Below are positions 22,691 to 30,464 of a stretch of DNA of 38,200 bases, one piece after another (the stretch's first letter is position 1; every line of letters starts with the position of its first letter). The notes below the pieces were generated by a model. It saw nothing but the letters and a program-made list of their open reading frames with translations. It did no database searches and was not told the origin of the DNA. The position numbers and the translations under genes are program-made. The stretch is from sequence record MN850588.1; one strand, 5' to 3'. The stretch comes from Escherichia phage sortregn.

Positions 22691-23689
22691 ATGAAATTCC
22701 GTGAAATGTTTTTGAAATATTATGCACCGTACACCGAGAACGACGGCGGCGCGGCGGCATATGAAGCTATGCAGAACGGCAACTCTCAGGAAGCCACGGA
22801 CGACACCCCGGACACTGACCCGAACGAGCAGGACCACGACAACGACAACGACGTGGACACCGATCTGGACGAGCAGGATCTGGACGAGAACGGCAAGCCG
22901 AAGGCGAAGGAAGGCGGCGAGAACGCGGAAACCGAGGACGAGGAGGAGGAGTTCCTGTTCGACGGTCAACCAGTTACCGCAGCGCCTACGGACGAAGATG
23001 ATCAGGAAGGCGACAGCGACCTGGTGAAACATCTCCGCGCCCAACTCCGCGAGCAGAAAAAACAATTCAAGACCTCCACCCAGGCGGCGCAGGAGCGCAA
23101 AGAGATTCCCGCAGATATGCCCCGCAAGCCAGAGATGGGCGACGAGGGGATCGACTGGGACCCGGAGAAGTACGCCGAAGCGCTGGACAAGTGGACCGAG
23201 GACAAGGCCGCTTATCAGCAGCGCGAGCAGGAGATGGCAGCGAAGCGCGAAGCGTTCGGGAAGAAATTCTCCGAAGGCCAGCAGCGCTACCAGACCGAAC
23301 GCGCTAAGGCGATCAAGAAGTATGCGGGCTTTGAGAAGGCCGAAGCCGCGATCGCAGAACTGCCGGAGCCGTTACAGGCGGGCCTGATGATCAACAGTAA
23401 GAACCCGGCGGCGCTGGTCATGGTACTGGGACGTAACGCTGATTTGCGGAAGCAAGTCGAGGATGCCTATAATAGCGACCATATCGCGCTGGGCTACCTA
23501 ATCCGCGATATTGAGGCCCGCGCAGGTTCCAAGCCGAAGGCGAAACAGAATCTCAATTCTACGCCAGAAGTTAAGGGCCAGAACGGAGTCGCAAACGTCG
23601 GACAACTGGAAGCACTTCGCAAACGAGCGGAAGCGACCGGGGATTATACGGAATACTTCGCAGCCAAGAACAAACGGGCTGAAAAGTAA
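22691..23689 (+). CDS. putative scaffolding protein
   Basis: ORF 22649-23689; ATG 22691 preferred (GAGGA RBS). Highly acidic N-half, charged helical C-half. Position between portal and coat as for P22 gp8. Confidence 0.65.
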   Translation: MKFREMFLKYYAPYTENDGGAAAYEAMQNGNSQEATDDTPDTDPNEQDHDNDNDVDTDLDEQDLDENGKPKAKEGGENAETEDEEEEFLFDGQPVTAAPTDEDDQEGDSDLVKHLRAQLREQKKQFKTSTQAAQERKEIPADMPRKPEMGDEGIDWDPEKYAEALDKWTEDKAAYQQREQEMAAKREAFGKKFSEGQQRYQTERAKAIKKYAGFEKAEAAIAELPEPLQAGLMINSKNPAALVMVLGRNADLRKQVEDAYNSDHIALGYLIRDIEARAGSKPKAKQNLNSTPEVKGQNGVANVGQLEALRKRAEATGDYTEYFAAKNKRAEK

Positions 23690-23719
23690 AACTAACACTC
23701 TATCGGTGGAGATGGATAA

Positions 23720-24976
23720 ATGGCTAACCAGTTAGCGAAGGATCTCGAAATTGCATTCGAGAATTATGTGGCAGGCTTTGACGCGTCTTGCGTAGTATCG
23801 CAGAACGCAGCCAAATTCCGCCCGGATGATACCGCGATGCAACGCGCCGGGGACGTGATCTATCGTCCGCAGCACTACCACGCGGATATTTTGGAAGGTC
23901 TGGATCTGACTGGCAAGGCCGGGACCGATATCGTCCAGCGCCTGGTCCCGTCGGCGTTCAAAGAACCTCAGAACGTGCTCTATAAGCTGGACGCTCGCGA
24001 AATGCGCGACCCAGAGCACAAGAAAGAAATGGGCCGAGCAGCGGGCCAACGTATCGCAGCGAAGATCGACTCCGATCTGATCAACGCCGCAGCACGTTAC
24101 GCGACGCACGTCGTCCCGGTAGGCACTAACACGACCGGAACCCTGGGCCGCGACCTGTGGAACGCAGCGGCGGGCGTGGATGCCGAAATGACCGCTATCG
24201 GGATCCCGGTAGGCGTGAACCGTCGTTCCTTCTGGAACCCCTTCTCCTACAAAGACCTTGCGGGCGAACTGGGCGGACGCCAGTACGTCGCGGGCGTGAC
24301 CCTCTCCGCATACGAGAAGGCGCAGATCCCGGATGTGGCGAGCTTCGACTCCTACAAGACGGACATCTCTCCGCGTCTGGGCGCTGGCCCGACTGGAGCG
24401 ATCACCCTGACCGCAGCCCCGGCGCACAAAGTCCAGTCTAAGAACGCGAACGACATCCCGGTGGATAACCGCGAAGGCGTGATCGATGTTTCTGCTGGTC
24501 ACGGTCTGAAGGCTGGCGACGCGTTCACTATCGCGGGCGTTCACTCCGTCCACATGATCAGCAAGGACACGACTGATCAGCTTCAAGTGTTCCGTGTGCT
24601 GGCAGTGTCCGACAACAACGTAACGATCACCCCGCAGATCCTCCCGCCGGATAACGCGGATCTGCCGTCTCGTCCTTACTCCAACGTGGACGCGAACGCA
24701 GCCTCCGGCGCTGAACTGACCGTTATCAACAAGAACGCGGCGAACGCTAACTTGCTGTGGGCGGACGGCTCCGTGGAGCTTATGCTGGGTAATCTGGCGT
24801 TCCCGACTGGTCAAGGCCCGCAGGTTATGCGCGCTACCGCGAAGAACGGCGCGACGCTGATCATGTCCTACAGCTTCGACCACATCGCGGGCGTCACCAC
24901 TTGCCGCTTTACCACGCTTTACGGCGTTTCCGTCCTCGTGCCGGAATATGTCGGCCTGGTACTGCCGAACCAGTAA
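23720..24976 (+). CDS. major capsid (coat) protein, P22 gp5-like
   Basis: 418 aa. AGDAFTIAGVHSVHMISKDTTDQLQVFRVLAVSDNNVTITPQI vs P22 gp5 [45 protein letters not shown] (as recalled). Followed by a strong terminator. Confidence 0.9.
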   Translation: MANQLAKDLEIAFENYVAGFDASCVVSQNAAKFRPDDTAMQRAGDVIYRPQHYHADILEGLDLTGKAGTDIVQRLVPSAFKEPQNVLYKLDAREMRDPEHKKEMGRAAGQRIAAKIDSDLINAAARYATHVVPVGTNTTGTLGRDLWNAAAGVDAEMTAIGIPVGVNRRSFWNPFSYKDLAGELGGRQYVAGVTLSAYEKAQIPDVASFDSYKTDISPRLGAGPTGAITLTAAPAHKVQSKNANDIPVDNREGVIDVSAGHGLKAGDAFTIAGVHSVHMISKDTTDQLQVFRVLAVSDNNVTITPQILPPDNADLPSRPYSNVDANAASGAELTVINKNAANANLLWADGSVELMLGNLAFPTGQGPQVMRATAKNGATLIMSYSFDHIAGVTTCRFTTLYGVSVLVPEYVGLVLPNQ

Positions 24977-24995
24977 GACGCGACGCGCAGCACAA

Positions 24996-25022
24996 AGGGG
25001 AGCCATTGGCTCCTCTTTTTTT
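24996..25022 (+). terminator. rho-independent terminator after the coat gene
   Basis: AGGGGAGCC-ATT-GGCTCCTCT 9-bp stem followed by a T7 run. Confidence 0.8.
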
Positions 25023-25034
25023 ATGGCTTATACT
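25006..25034 (+). promoter_or_regulatory. sigma70-like promoter candidate overlapping the coat terminator
   Basis: TTGGCT (25006-25011), 17-nt spacer, TATACT (25029-25034). Confidence 0.55.
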
Positions 25035-25040
25035 GTTCCC

Positions 25041-25051
25041 CGACACATCAC
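25041..25051 (+). repeat. conserved leader CGACACATCAC (copy 2)
   Basis: Identical to 21509-21519, 6 nt after the -10-like hexamer. Confidence 0.6.
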
Positions 25052-25070
25052 CCTATCAAGAGGATCTACC

Positions 25071-25589
25071 ATGTCACGCAATAAGACCGCGATCGCCGTA
25101 GCTATGACCATGATTTACACCCGCCCCGCTATCATCGCCGGGGAAAATATCAAAGGTCTGGAAGTCCTGACCCGCGACCACACGGACGGCCCCTACGCCC
25201 GCGCCTCGTTCCCGGATGAAGAAGCCGCCGAGCGTCTGGAGTCTGGCTTCTGGGTGGATCATCCGGTCAAACTCTCCACGCTGGACAAGGCGATCGCCGA
25301 AGCCGCTCAGAAGGAAGCGGAGCAGGACAAAAAGGACGCCGACAACCAGAAAGCCGAGCAGGTGAAGAAGGAGCAGGACGAGAAGGTGGAAGATAAGGCC
25401 CCAGAATCGACCGCTACGGCCTCCGAGCAGAAAGACGACCCGAAGGCCACCGAAGCGGAAAAAGCCGCAGAGAGCGGCGCAGAGGCTCAGGAATCCACCC
25501 AGGAAGCGAAGGCCGACGAATCCAAGCCGAAAGACGGCGAGAAGGTAGACGGCGCGAAAGTTCCGACTGATAAGAAGGCGAAGAAATAA
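25071..25589 (+). CDS. hypothetical protein with Lys/Glu/Ala-rich disordered tail
   Basis: ORF 24948-25589; ATG 25071 preferred (AGAGGA RBS, downstream of terminator and promoter). 172 aa: a folded N-terminal ~75 aa, then a polyampholyte tail ending KKAKK. Confidence 0.6.
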   Translation: MSRNKTAIAVAMTMIYTRPAIIAGENIKGLEVLTRDHTDGPYARASFPDEEAAERLESGFWVDHPVKLSTLDKAIAEAAQKEAEQDKKDADNQKAEQVKKEQDEKVEDKAPESTATASEQKDDPKATEAEKAAESGAEAQESTQEAKADESKPKDGEKVDGAKVPTDKKAKK

Positions 25590-25591
25590 TT

Positions 25592-26047
25592 ATGGCGACC
25601 ATGCAGAAGATCCAGATCGTGAACCTGGCGTTACGCCGGGGCGGGATCGCGTCGTCTGCTGTTCTCATGCAACCAGATCCCCAGCAGTTAGCCGACGCGC
25701 TGGGCGATCTGGAGTCCCTTATGGCTTCGGTGATCAAGGACGGCGTGGATCTGCCGTACAACTTCACCACCAACCCGGACGGCATTCCCGACGGGAACGA
25801 GGACTCCGGTCTGGAACTTTGGACGCTGGAGGCGCTGGGCCTCAAGCTGGCACAAAGGATCCTGATCGATATGCAGCGCGACCTAACGCCGCAACAAAAC
25901 GCGGTCTTGCGCGAACAGTGGGACGTGGTGAAAGTGGCATTCTACAAAGTGCCATCACTCAAACAGCGTAACGATATGCCAACCGGGGAAGGAAATAATC
26001 CTTTCTGGGCTGACGATCGTTTCTACTATGACGGGACGGCGAAATGA
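25592..26047 (+). CDS. tail accessory factor, P22 gp4-like
   Basis: 151 aa. IVNLALRRGGIASSA..DALGDLESLMAS vs gp4 LVRAALRKLGVASDA..DAVDDLEAMMAE; MPTGEGN vs MPTGSGN. Position after coat. Confidence 0.8.
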   Translation: MATMQKIQIVNLALRRGGIASSAVLMQPDPQQLADALGDLESLMASVIKDGVDLPYNFTTNPDGIPDGNEDSGLELWTLEALGLKLAQRILIDMQRDLTPQQNAVLREQWDVVKVAFYKVPSLKQRNDMPTGEGNNPFWADDRFYYDGTAK

Positions 26048-27480
26048 GGAACCCAGAGCGCGGGCAGGAGATTAACATCCCGTTACTGTACGGTGACGGG
26101 CGCAGTAATAAGACGCTGGACTGGACGACGCGACTCCCGGAGAACATGCTGGCGGTCGCCCGACAGGTCAAAGGCGGCAACGGCTACATGCGGATCATGC
26201 CGGGGATCGATAAGGTCGCCGACGTGGACGGGATCAGCCGTGGCTCGGAATGGAACACGGTCAAAATGGGACCTTCCCGCGTAATGGGTGGCAAGCTGTA
26301 CCTCTTAGGCTCGCCGCTGGCGGACGTGTCCGGCGTGGACCGTACTCCTATGGCGCATAGCCGCGACAGGATCGGCATTGTGACCGATAACCGCCTGTTA
26401 ATGGTCGGCTATGACGGGACTGTGACGAACTTTTCCAACTGGACGGGGGAGGACGCTCCGATCTACTCGTGGGGCGACATTAACGACGTTTGCCACCTCC
26501 GCCAGCGCTTCATCTTCTCCACGAAGGGGACGGACACCTTTTGGATCTCCGACCTGGAGGACGAGACGAAGCCGGACAAGATCGCCCCGGCGTATCGCGC
26601 TGAATCCATGCCGGACGGCATCGTGGCGATCCGCTCGTGGCATGACTATGTTGTGTGCTTCGGTAGCGCCTCGATCGAGTTCTTCGGCCTGACCGGGGAC
26701 GACCAGAACGTCTACGCGAACCAGCCCTCCTACACCGTCCAGGCCGGAACGCTGGGACGTGAAACCGTTTGCGCCTATCTGGACACGTTCGCGTTTATTA
26801 CGTCCCAATTCTCCGGGGAGTACACGATCGCCATCATGCAGCCCGGCGCGGCTCCGACGGAGATCGCCAGCGCGGAAGTTAAGAAGATGCTCGCCGGGTA
26901 CACCGTGGAGCAGCTACAGGCGGCGCGACTGGAGTCACTCAGCTATGAAACGCATAAATTGCTTATTGTCCACCTACCGGACAAAACGCTGGTTTACGAT
27001 CACCCCGTTAGCCAGGCCCAGGGCGTCCCGGTCTGGTCATTCCTCAAGACGGGGATCCTCTCGCTTAAGCCGTGGCGGGCGATTGACGTCATGAACGAGG
27101 GCAACCGGATCACCGTCGGCGACAAGACGGGGAAATGGCTCGGAGCGCTGAACAATACCCACTCCGCGCAGTACGGCGAGGACCAGGAGATCGTCCTGTA
27201 CACGCCGATCCTGTGGGCTGAAAATGCGATCCTCGCTGACTTTAGGATCGACGCTTCGACCGGGGGCGGCTCTACCACTTCCCGGATCTGGCTCTCCGCC
27301 ACCGAGGACGGGATCAACTACGGGCAGGAGCGAACGATCGCTTATAACACGCCTTACCGCTGGCTACAGAACGTTATCTTGCCCGTTGTGGGCCGCGTCC
27401 GTTCCGCCATCGGCTTTAAACTTCGCACCGTTGGCGCGACCCCGGCGACTCTCTCGCGGGCGCGTGTCCGTGTGACCTGA
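26044..27480 (+). CDS. tail hub protein, P22 gp10-like
   Basis: 478 aa. FWISDLEDETKPDK..YRAESMPDGIVAIRSWHDYVVCFGSASIEFFGLTG vs gp10 WFITDLEDESHPDR..YRAESQPDGIIGIGTWRDFIVCFGSSTIEYFSLTG. Confidence 0.9.
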   Translation: MRNPERGQEINIPLLYGDGRSNKTLDWTTRLPENMLAVARQVKGGNGYMRIMPGIDKVADVDGISRGSEWNTVKMGPSRVMGGKLYLLGSPLADVSGVDRTPMAHSRDRIGIVTDNRLLMVGYDGTVTNFSNWTGEDAPIYSWGDINDVCHLRQRFIFSTKGTDTFWISDLEDETKPDKIAPAYRAESMPDGIVAIRSWHDYVVCFGSASIEFFGLTGDDQNVYANQPSYTVQAGTLGRETVCAYLDTFAFITSQFSGEYTIAIMQPGAAPTEIASAEVKKMLAGYTVEQLQAARLESLSYETHKLLIVHLPDKTLVYDHPVSQAQGVPVWSFLKTGILSLKPWRAIDVMNEGNRITVGDKTGKWLGALNNTHSAQYGEDQEIVLYTPILWAENAILADFRIDASTGGGSTTSRIWLSATEDGINYGQERTIAYNTPYRWLQNVILPVVGRVRSAIGFKLRTVGATPATLSRARVRVT

Positions 27481-27495
27481 TGCACTGGGGGGATC

Positions 27496-28092
27496 ATGGC
27501 AGTCGTTAACACTCTACAGCAGCTTAATACGGGCATTTTGCCACCCGGTACTTCTCAGGCGTTCCGGGATTATCTGGTCCGCCTGGGATCCTTCACGCAG
27601 GAAGCCGGGGACACCGCGAACAACGCCGAGGGATCGGCGTCTGACGCCTTCACGATCGCGGAACAGCAGAGGATCCGAAACGACCAGCAGGACAACGAGA
27701 TCGACAACCTGGAGGGGCAAGTCTCCAGCCTGGCGACCCGCGTCACCGAAGCGGAGAACCAGGTGGACACGCTGGCCCAGCAGGTCGAAGCGTTCGACAG
27801 TATCGTGATCAAGAACAACGTGGACACCCTCCAGATCATGGACGGGCCTCTCTCCATCGGGACGGAGATCCGCGTGAACAACGTCAAGGTAATGGGCGGA
27901 CGTCAAACTGGCTGGACCGCGCAGACCGGGACCACGAAGAAGGGCGGGATCGACGGTTCGGCGGCGTATGCCGTCGGCGGCGCATACAGCCAGGCAGAGG
28001 TCCAGGCACTGGCGGACGGCCTGGTGGAAGCCCGGCAGGTGATCGCCGCGCTGGTGGCGCTGGCGCTCTCTCACGGCTACGCGGGGACCTGA
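27496..28092 (+). CDS. tail needle, P22 gp26-like
   Basis: 198 aa. Heptad-rich N-half; GGRQTGWTAQTGTTKKG vs gp26 GARQTGWTAATGTANKG. Confidence 0.85.
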   Translation: MAVVNTLQQLNTGILPPGTSQAFRDYLVRLGSFTQEAGDTANNAEGSASDAFTIAEQQRIRNDQQDNEIDNLEGQVSSLATRVTEAENQVDTLAQQVEAFDSIVIKNNVDTLQIMDGPLSIGTEIRVNNVKVMGGRQTGWTAQTGTTKKGGIDGSAAYAVGGAYSQAEVQALADGLVEARQVIAALVALALSHGYAGT

Positions 28093-28094
28093 TC

Positions 28095-28496
28095 GTGGAT
28101 TATGGCGAGATGATCGAACTTGTCCCGGACTCCGGCGTGGACCTCCTCCACGCCTGGGGCCTCCCGGAGTGGCCCCGCCACGTCGAGGCAAAGTATTTTC
28201 TGTGGGAAAGATGTTGCGTGTTCGCGATCATGGCGAACGACGAAGGCGGGATCGATGGACATATGGCAATGGATCCACCCATGCGCAGACGGTCCCGCGA
28301 GGCTTGCCAGGCGTTCCTCGCACACTGGGGCCACTATGCGATCCGCGTCCCGGTATTGATGGACCACCGTCACGCCCGGAACGTCGTCCGCAAAGTCGGA
28401 TTTGTTGAAAGTCCGCCCCAGCTTGTACAATTGGCGGACGGCAGAGAGGCGGAAATTATTTTCATGAGGAGAGGACCAAATGGGCGGAGCAATTAG
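28095..28496 (+). CDS. P22 gp14-position protein (head/ejection accessory)
   Basis: 133 aa, GTG start. Assignment is by synteny after the needle gene only. Confidence 0.5.
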   Translation: MDYGEMIELVPDSGVDLLHAWGLPEWPRHVEAKYFLWERCCVFAIMANDEGGIDGHMAMDPPMRRRSREACQAFLAHWGHYAIRVPVLMDHRHARNVVRKVGFVESPPQLVQLADGREAEIIFMRRGPNGRSN

Positions 28497-29142
28497 CGGG
28501 ATCGGTGGAGCCGTCTCGTCCGTTTTAGGCGGTATCGGGACGAATAAGGCCCTTAAGCAGCAGCAGAAGGCCACCGACAAACAAATGGACTACCAGCGCG
28601 AGCTACAGGCGCAACAGGCCGAGTGGTTAAGTCCTTTCCGTGAGGCAGGGACGAACGCTATCCCCGGCCTGACTGCGATCGCGGGCCAGCCGATTGACCG
28701 GGAGGCGTTACTCTCGGACTACTACGGCGGGAACGAGTTCAAGATGGCGGAAGAACAGGCCCGACGCTCTCAGCTTGCCAGCGCGGAAGCGACCGGGGGC
28801 CTCGGATCCACGGCGACCGGGAACAGCCTCGCAGCCATCGCGCCGACGCTGGGCCAGAACTACCTGAACGCGCAGCAAGCGCAGCAGCAGGATATGTATA
28901 ACCAGCTTTTAGGCCTGGTTAACGTGGGCTTGTCCGGCGCTGGCGCTCAGTCCGCAGCGGCTACCGGGACCACTAACGCACTGACGGCGCTCGCCGGGCA
29001 GAAAGGCCAAATTCTGGGCCAGAAAGCGGCCTTGCCGTGGAATACCGCAGCAACGGCTAACAATCAGATGGCGCAGGGCGCGGCGCAGGATATGAACACG
29101 TTTACTAACATGTTCGGCGGCATGTTCGGAGGGATGATCTAA
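28480..29142 (+). CDS. ejection/internal virion protein, gp7-position
   Basis: 220 aa. Gly-rich N-terminus (GGAISGIGGAVSSVLGGIG), Q/A-rich. Synteny with P22 gp7. Confidence 0.55.
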   Translation: MGGAISGIGGAVSSVLGGIGTNKALKQQQKATDKQMDYQRELQAQQAEWLSPFREAGTNAIPGLTAIAGQPIDREALLSDYYGGNEFKMAEEQARRSQLASAEATGGLGSTATGNSLAAIAPTLGQNYLNAQQAQQQDMYNQLLGLVNVGLSGAGAQSAAATGTTNALTALAGQKGQILGQKAALPWNTAATANNQMAQGAAQDMNTFTNMFGGMFGGMI

Positions 29143-30464
29143 TGGCTCAATTATTAGGCGGCGGCGGTTCGGATCCGGGCGATCTGTGGAATAACCTCCA
29201 GAACATCCAGGCCGCAGGGACTAACACGCTCCAGAACATCGGGCAGATTCAGGCTAACACGGCGCAGCAGATCCAGAACCGACAGCAGGGGATGGCGATG
29301 CAAGCCGCAGCAGCCCAGCGCGACCAGATGGCGGCGTTTAATCAGGACTGGCAAGCAGCCCAGGGCGACCCGTCCAAGATTTCGGAACTGGCCTACAAAT
29401 ACCCGACCCAGATCGAAGCGCTCCAGAAGCGTCTCGGACTGGTGGATGATATTCGCCGCCAGCAGGGATCCCAGCTTGCAAGCCAGGCCGACGTCGCGAT
29501 CTCGCAGGGGCCGCAGATGGCCCAGCAATTCGTCCAGCAGAACGCCCCGGCGCTCCAGGCGCTGGGAATTGATCCGCAGGTGGCCTACCAGACGGCGGCG
29601 CAGGACCCGGAGGCGTTTAAACGCTCCGTTCAAGCGCTCCACCTGGCGAGCAATACCAGCAAGGATCAACTGGACTACTCGAAAGAGATCATGAAGAACC
29701 AGACCACGATCAGGGGCCAGGACCTCGACGCGGCGGCGAAGGCGGCAGACCGTAACCTCCGTTACATCGGGCTACAGAATGACCGCCTGAACACGCAGAT
29801 CGCGCAGGAAGGGAACGACATCAAACGCGCCCAGATGCAGCAGACGCTACAGAAGGCGCAACAGGACAGCCTGAACACGAAACGCGATTTTCTCCAGACC
29901 TACGACAAGACGGTGGCCCCGATCGACACGTCGCTGGAACTGGCGAAACAGCTATTAAACCGTAAGGATCTGGGCTTCGTGACCGGGATTAACGGCTACG
30001 GAAACCGCTTCTGGTCGGCGGCTACTGGCGGCGGCGATAACACGGCGGAGATCATGCAGACCCTGGATCAGCTTAAGAGCCAGGCGCGACTCGCCGGGAT
30101 GGAGTCCTTGCGCGGGACTGGCTCCGTCACCGAGAAGGAAGGCGAGGCGGCGGCTAATGCCCTGCTGAACGCTAACCCCGGACAAATGAGCGAGGATCAG
30201 CTTAAGGCGGTGATCCAGCGTTATGTCTCCAGCCTGGAGAAGGGCAAGGCAGCGCTGGAGAAGAACCAGGGCGGGCGAGTCCAGGCCTACCGCCAGGAGA
30301 TCGCACGAGACGACGCCAAACAGGAAGCAGTCGGGCAATTGACCGCTGGGGGGATCCCCGCGCAGAACGCGCAAGCGGCTATTAATTACCTGATGCAGAA
30401 CCCTACCCCTAGCGTTAAGGCGCAATTTAAGGAAAAATACGGTTTCTTACCGGAGGGGCTTTAA
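29142..30464 (+). CDS. ejection/internal virion protein, gp20-position
   Basis: 440 aa, Q/A-rich helical. Synteny with P22 gp20. TAATG overlap with the upstream stop. Confidence 0.55.
   Translation: MAQLLGGGGSDPGDLWNNLQNIQAAGTNTLQNIGQIQANTAQQIQNRQQGMAMQAAAAQRDQMAAFNQDWQAAQGDPSKISELAYKYPTQIEALQKRLGLVDDIRRQQGSQLASQADVAISQGPQMAQQFVQQNAPALQALGIDPQVAYQTAAQDPEAFKRSVQALHLASNTSKDQLDYSKEIMKNQTTIRGQDLDAAAKAADRNLRYIGLQNDRLNTQIAQEGNDIKRAQMQQTLQKAQQDSLNTKRDFLQTYDKTVAPIDTSLELAKQLLNRKDLGFVTGINGYGNRFWSAATGGGDNTAEIMQTLDQLKSQARLAGMESLRGTGSVTEKEGEAAANALLNANPGQMSEDQLKAVIQRYVSSLEKGKAALEKNQGGRVQAYRQEIARDDAKQEAVGQLTAGGIPAQNAQAAINYLMQNPTPSVKAQFKEKYGFLPEGL

Noticed and set aside
23732-25006. 424-aa minus-strand ORF almost co-extensive with the coat gene
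   Set aside because: It is an antisense shadow of a GC3-rich gene. The product is Arg/His/Val-rich low complexity with no RBS, while the plus frame has clear P22 coat similarity.
27514-28191. 225-aa minus-strand ORF opposite the tail needle gene, plus many other 60-180 aa overlapping ORFs in the track
   Set aside because: Arg/Pro/Gly-rich translations typical of off-frame reading in GC-rich DNA. Each is fully contained in a better-supported gene with homology or synteny.
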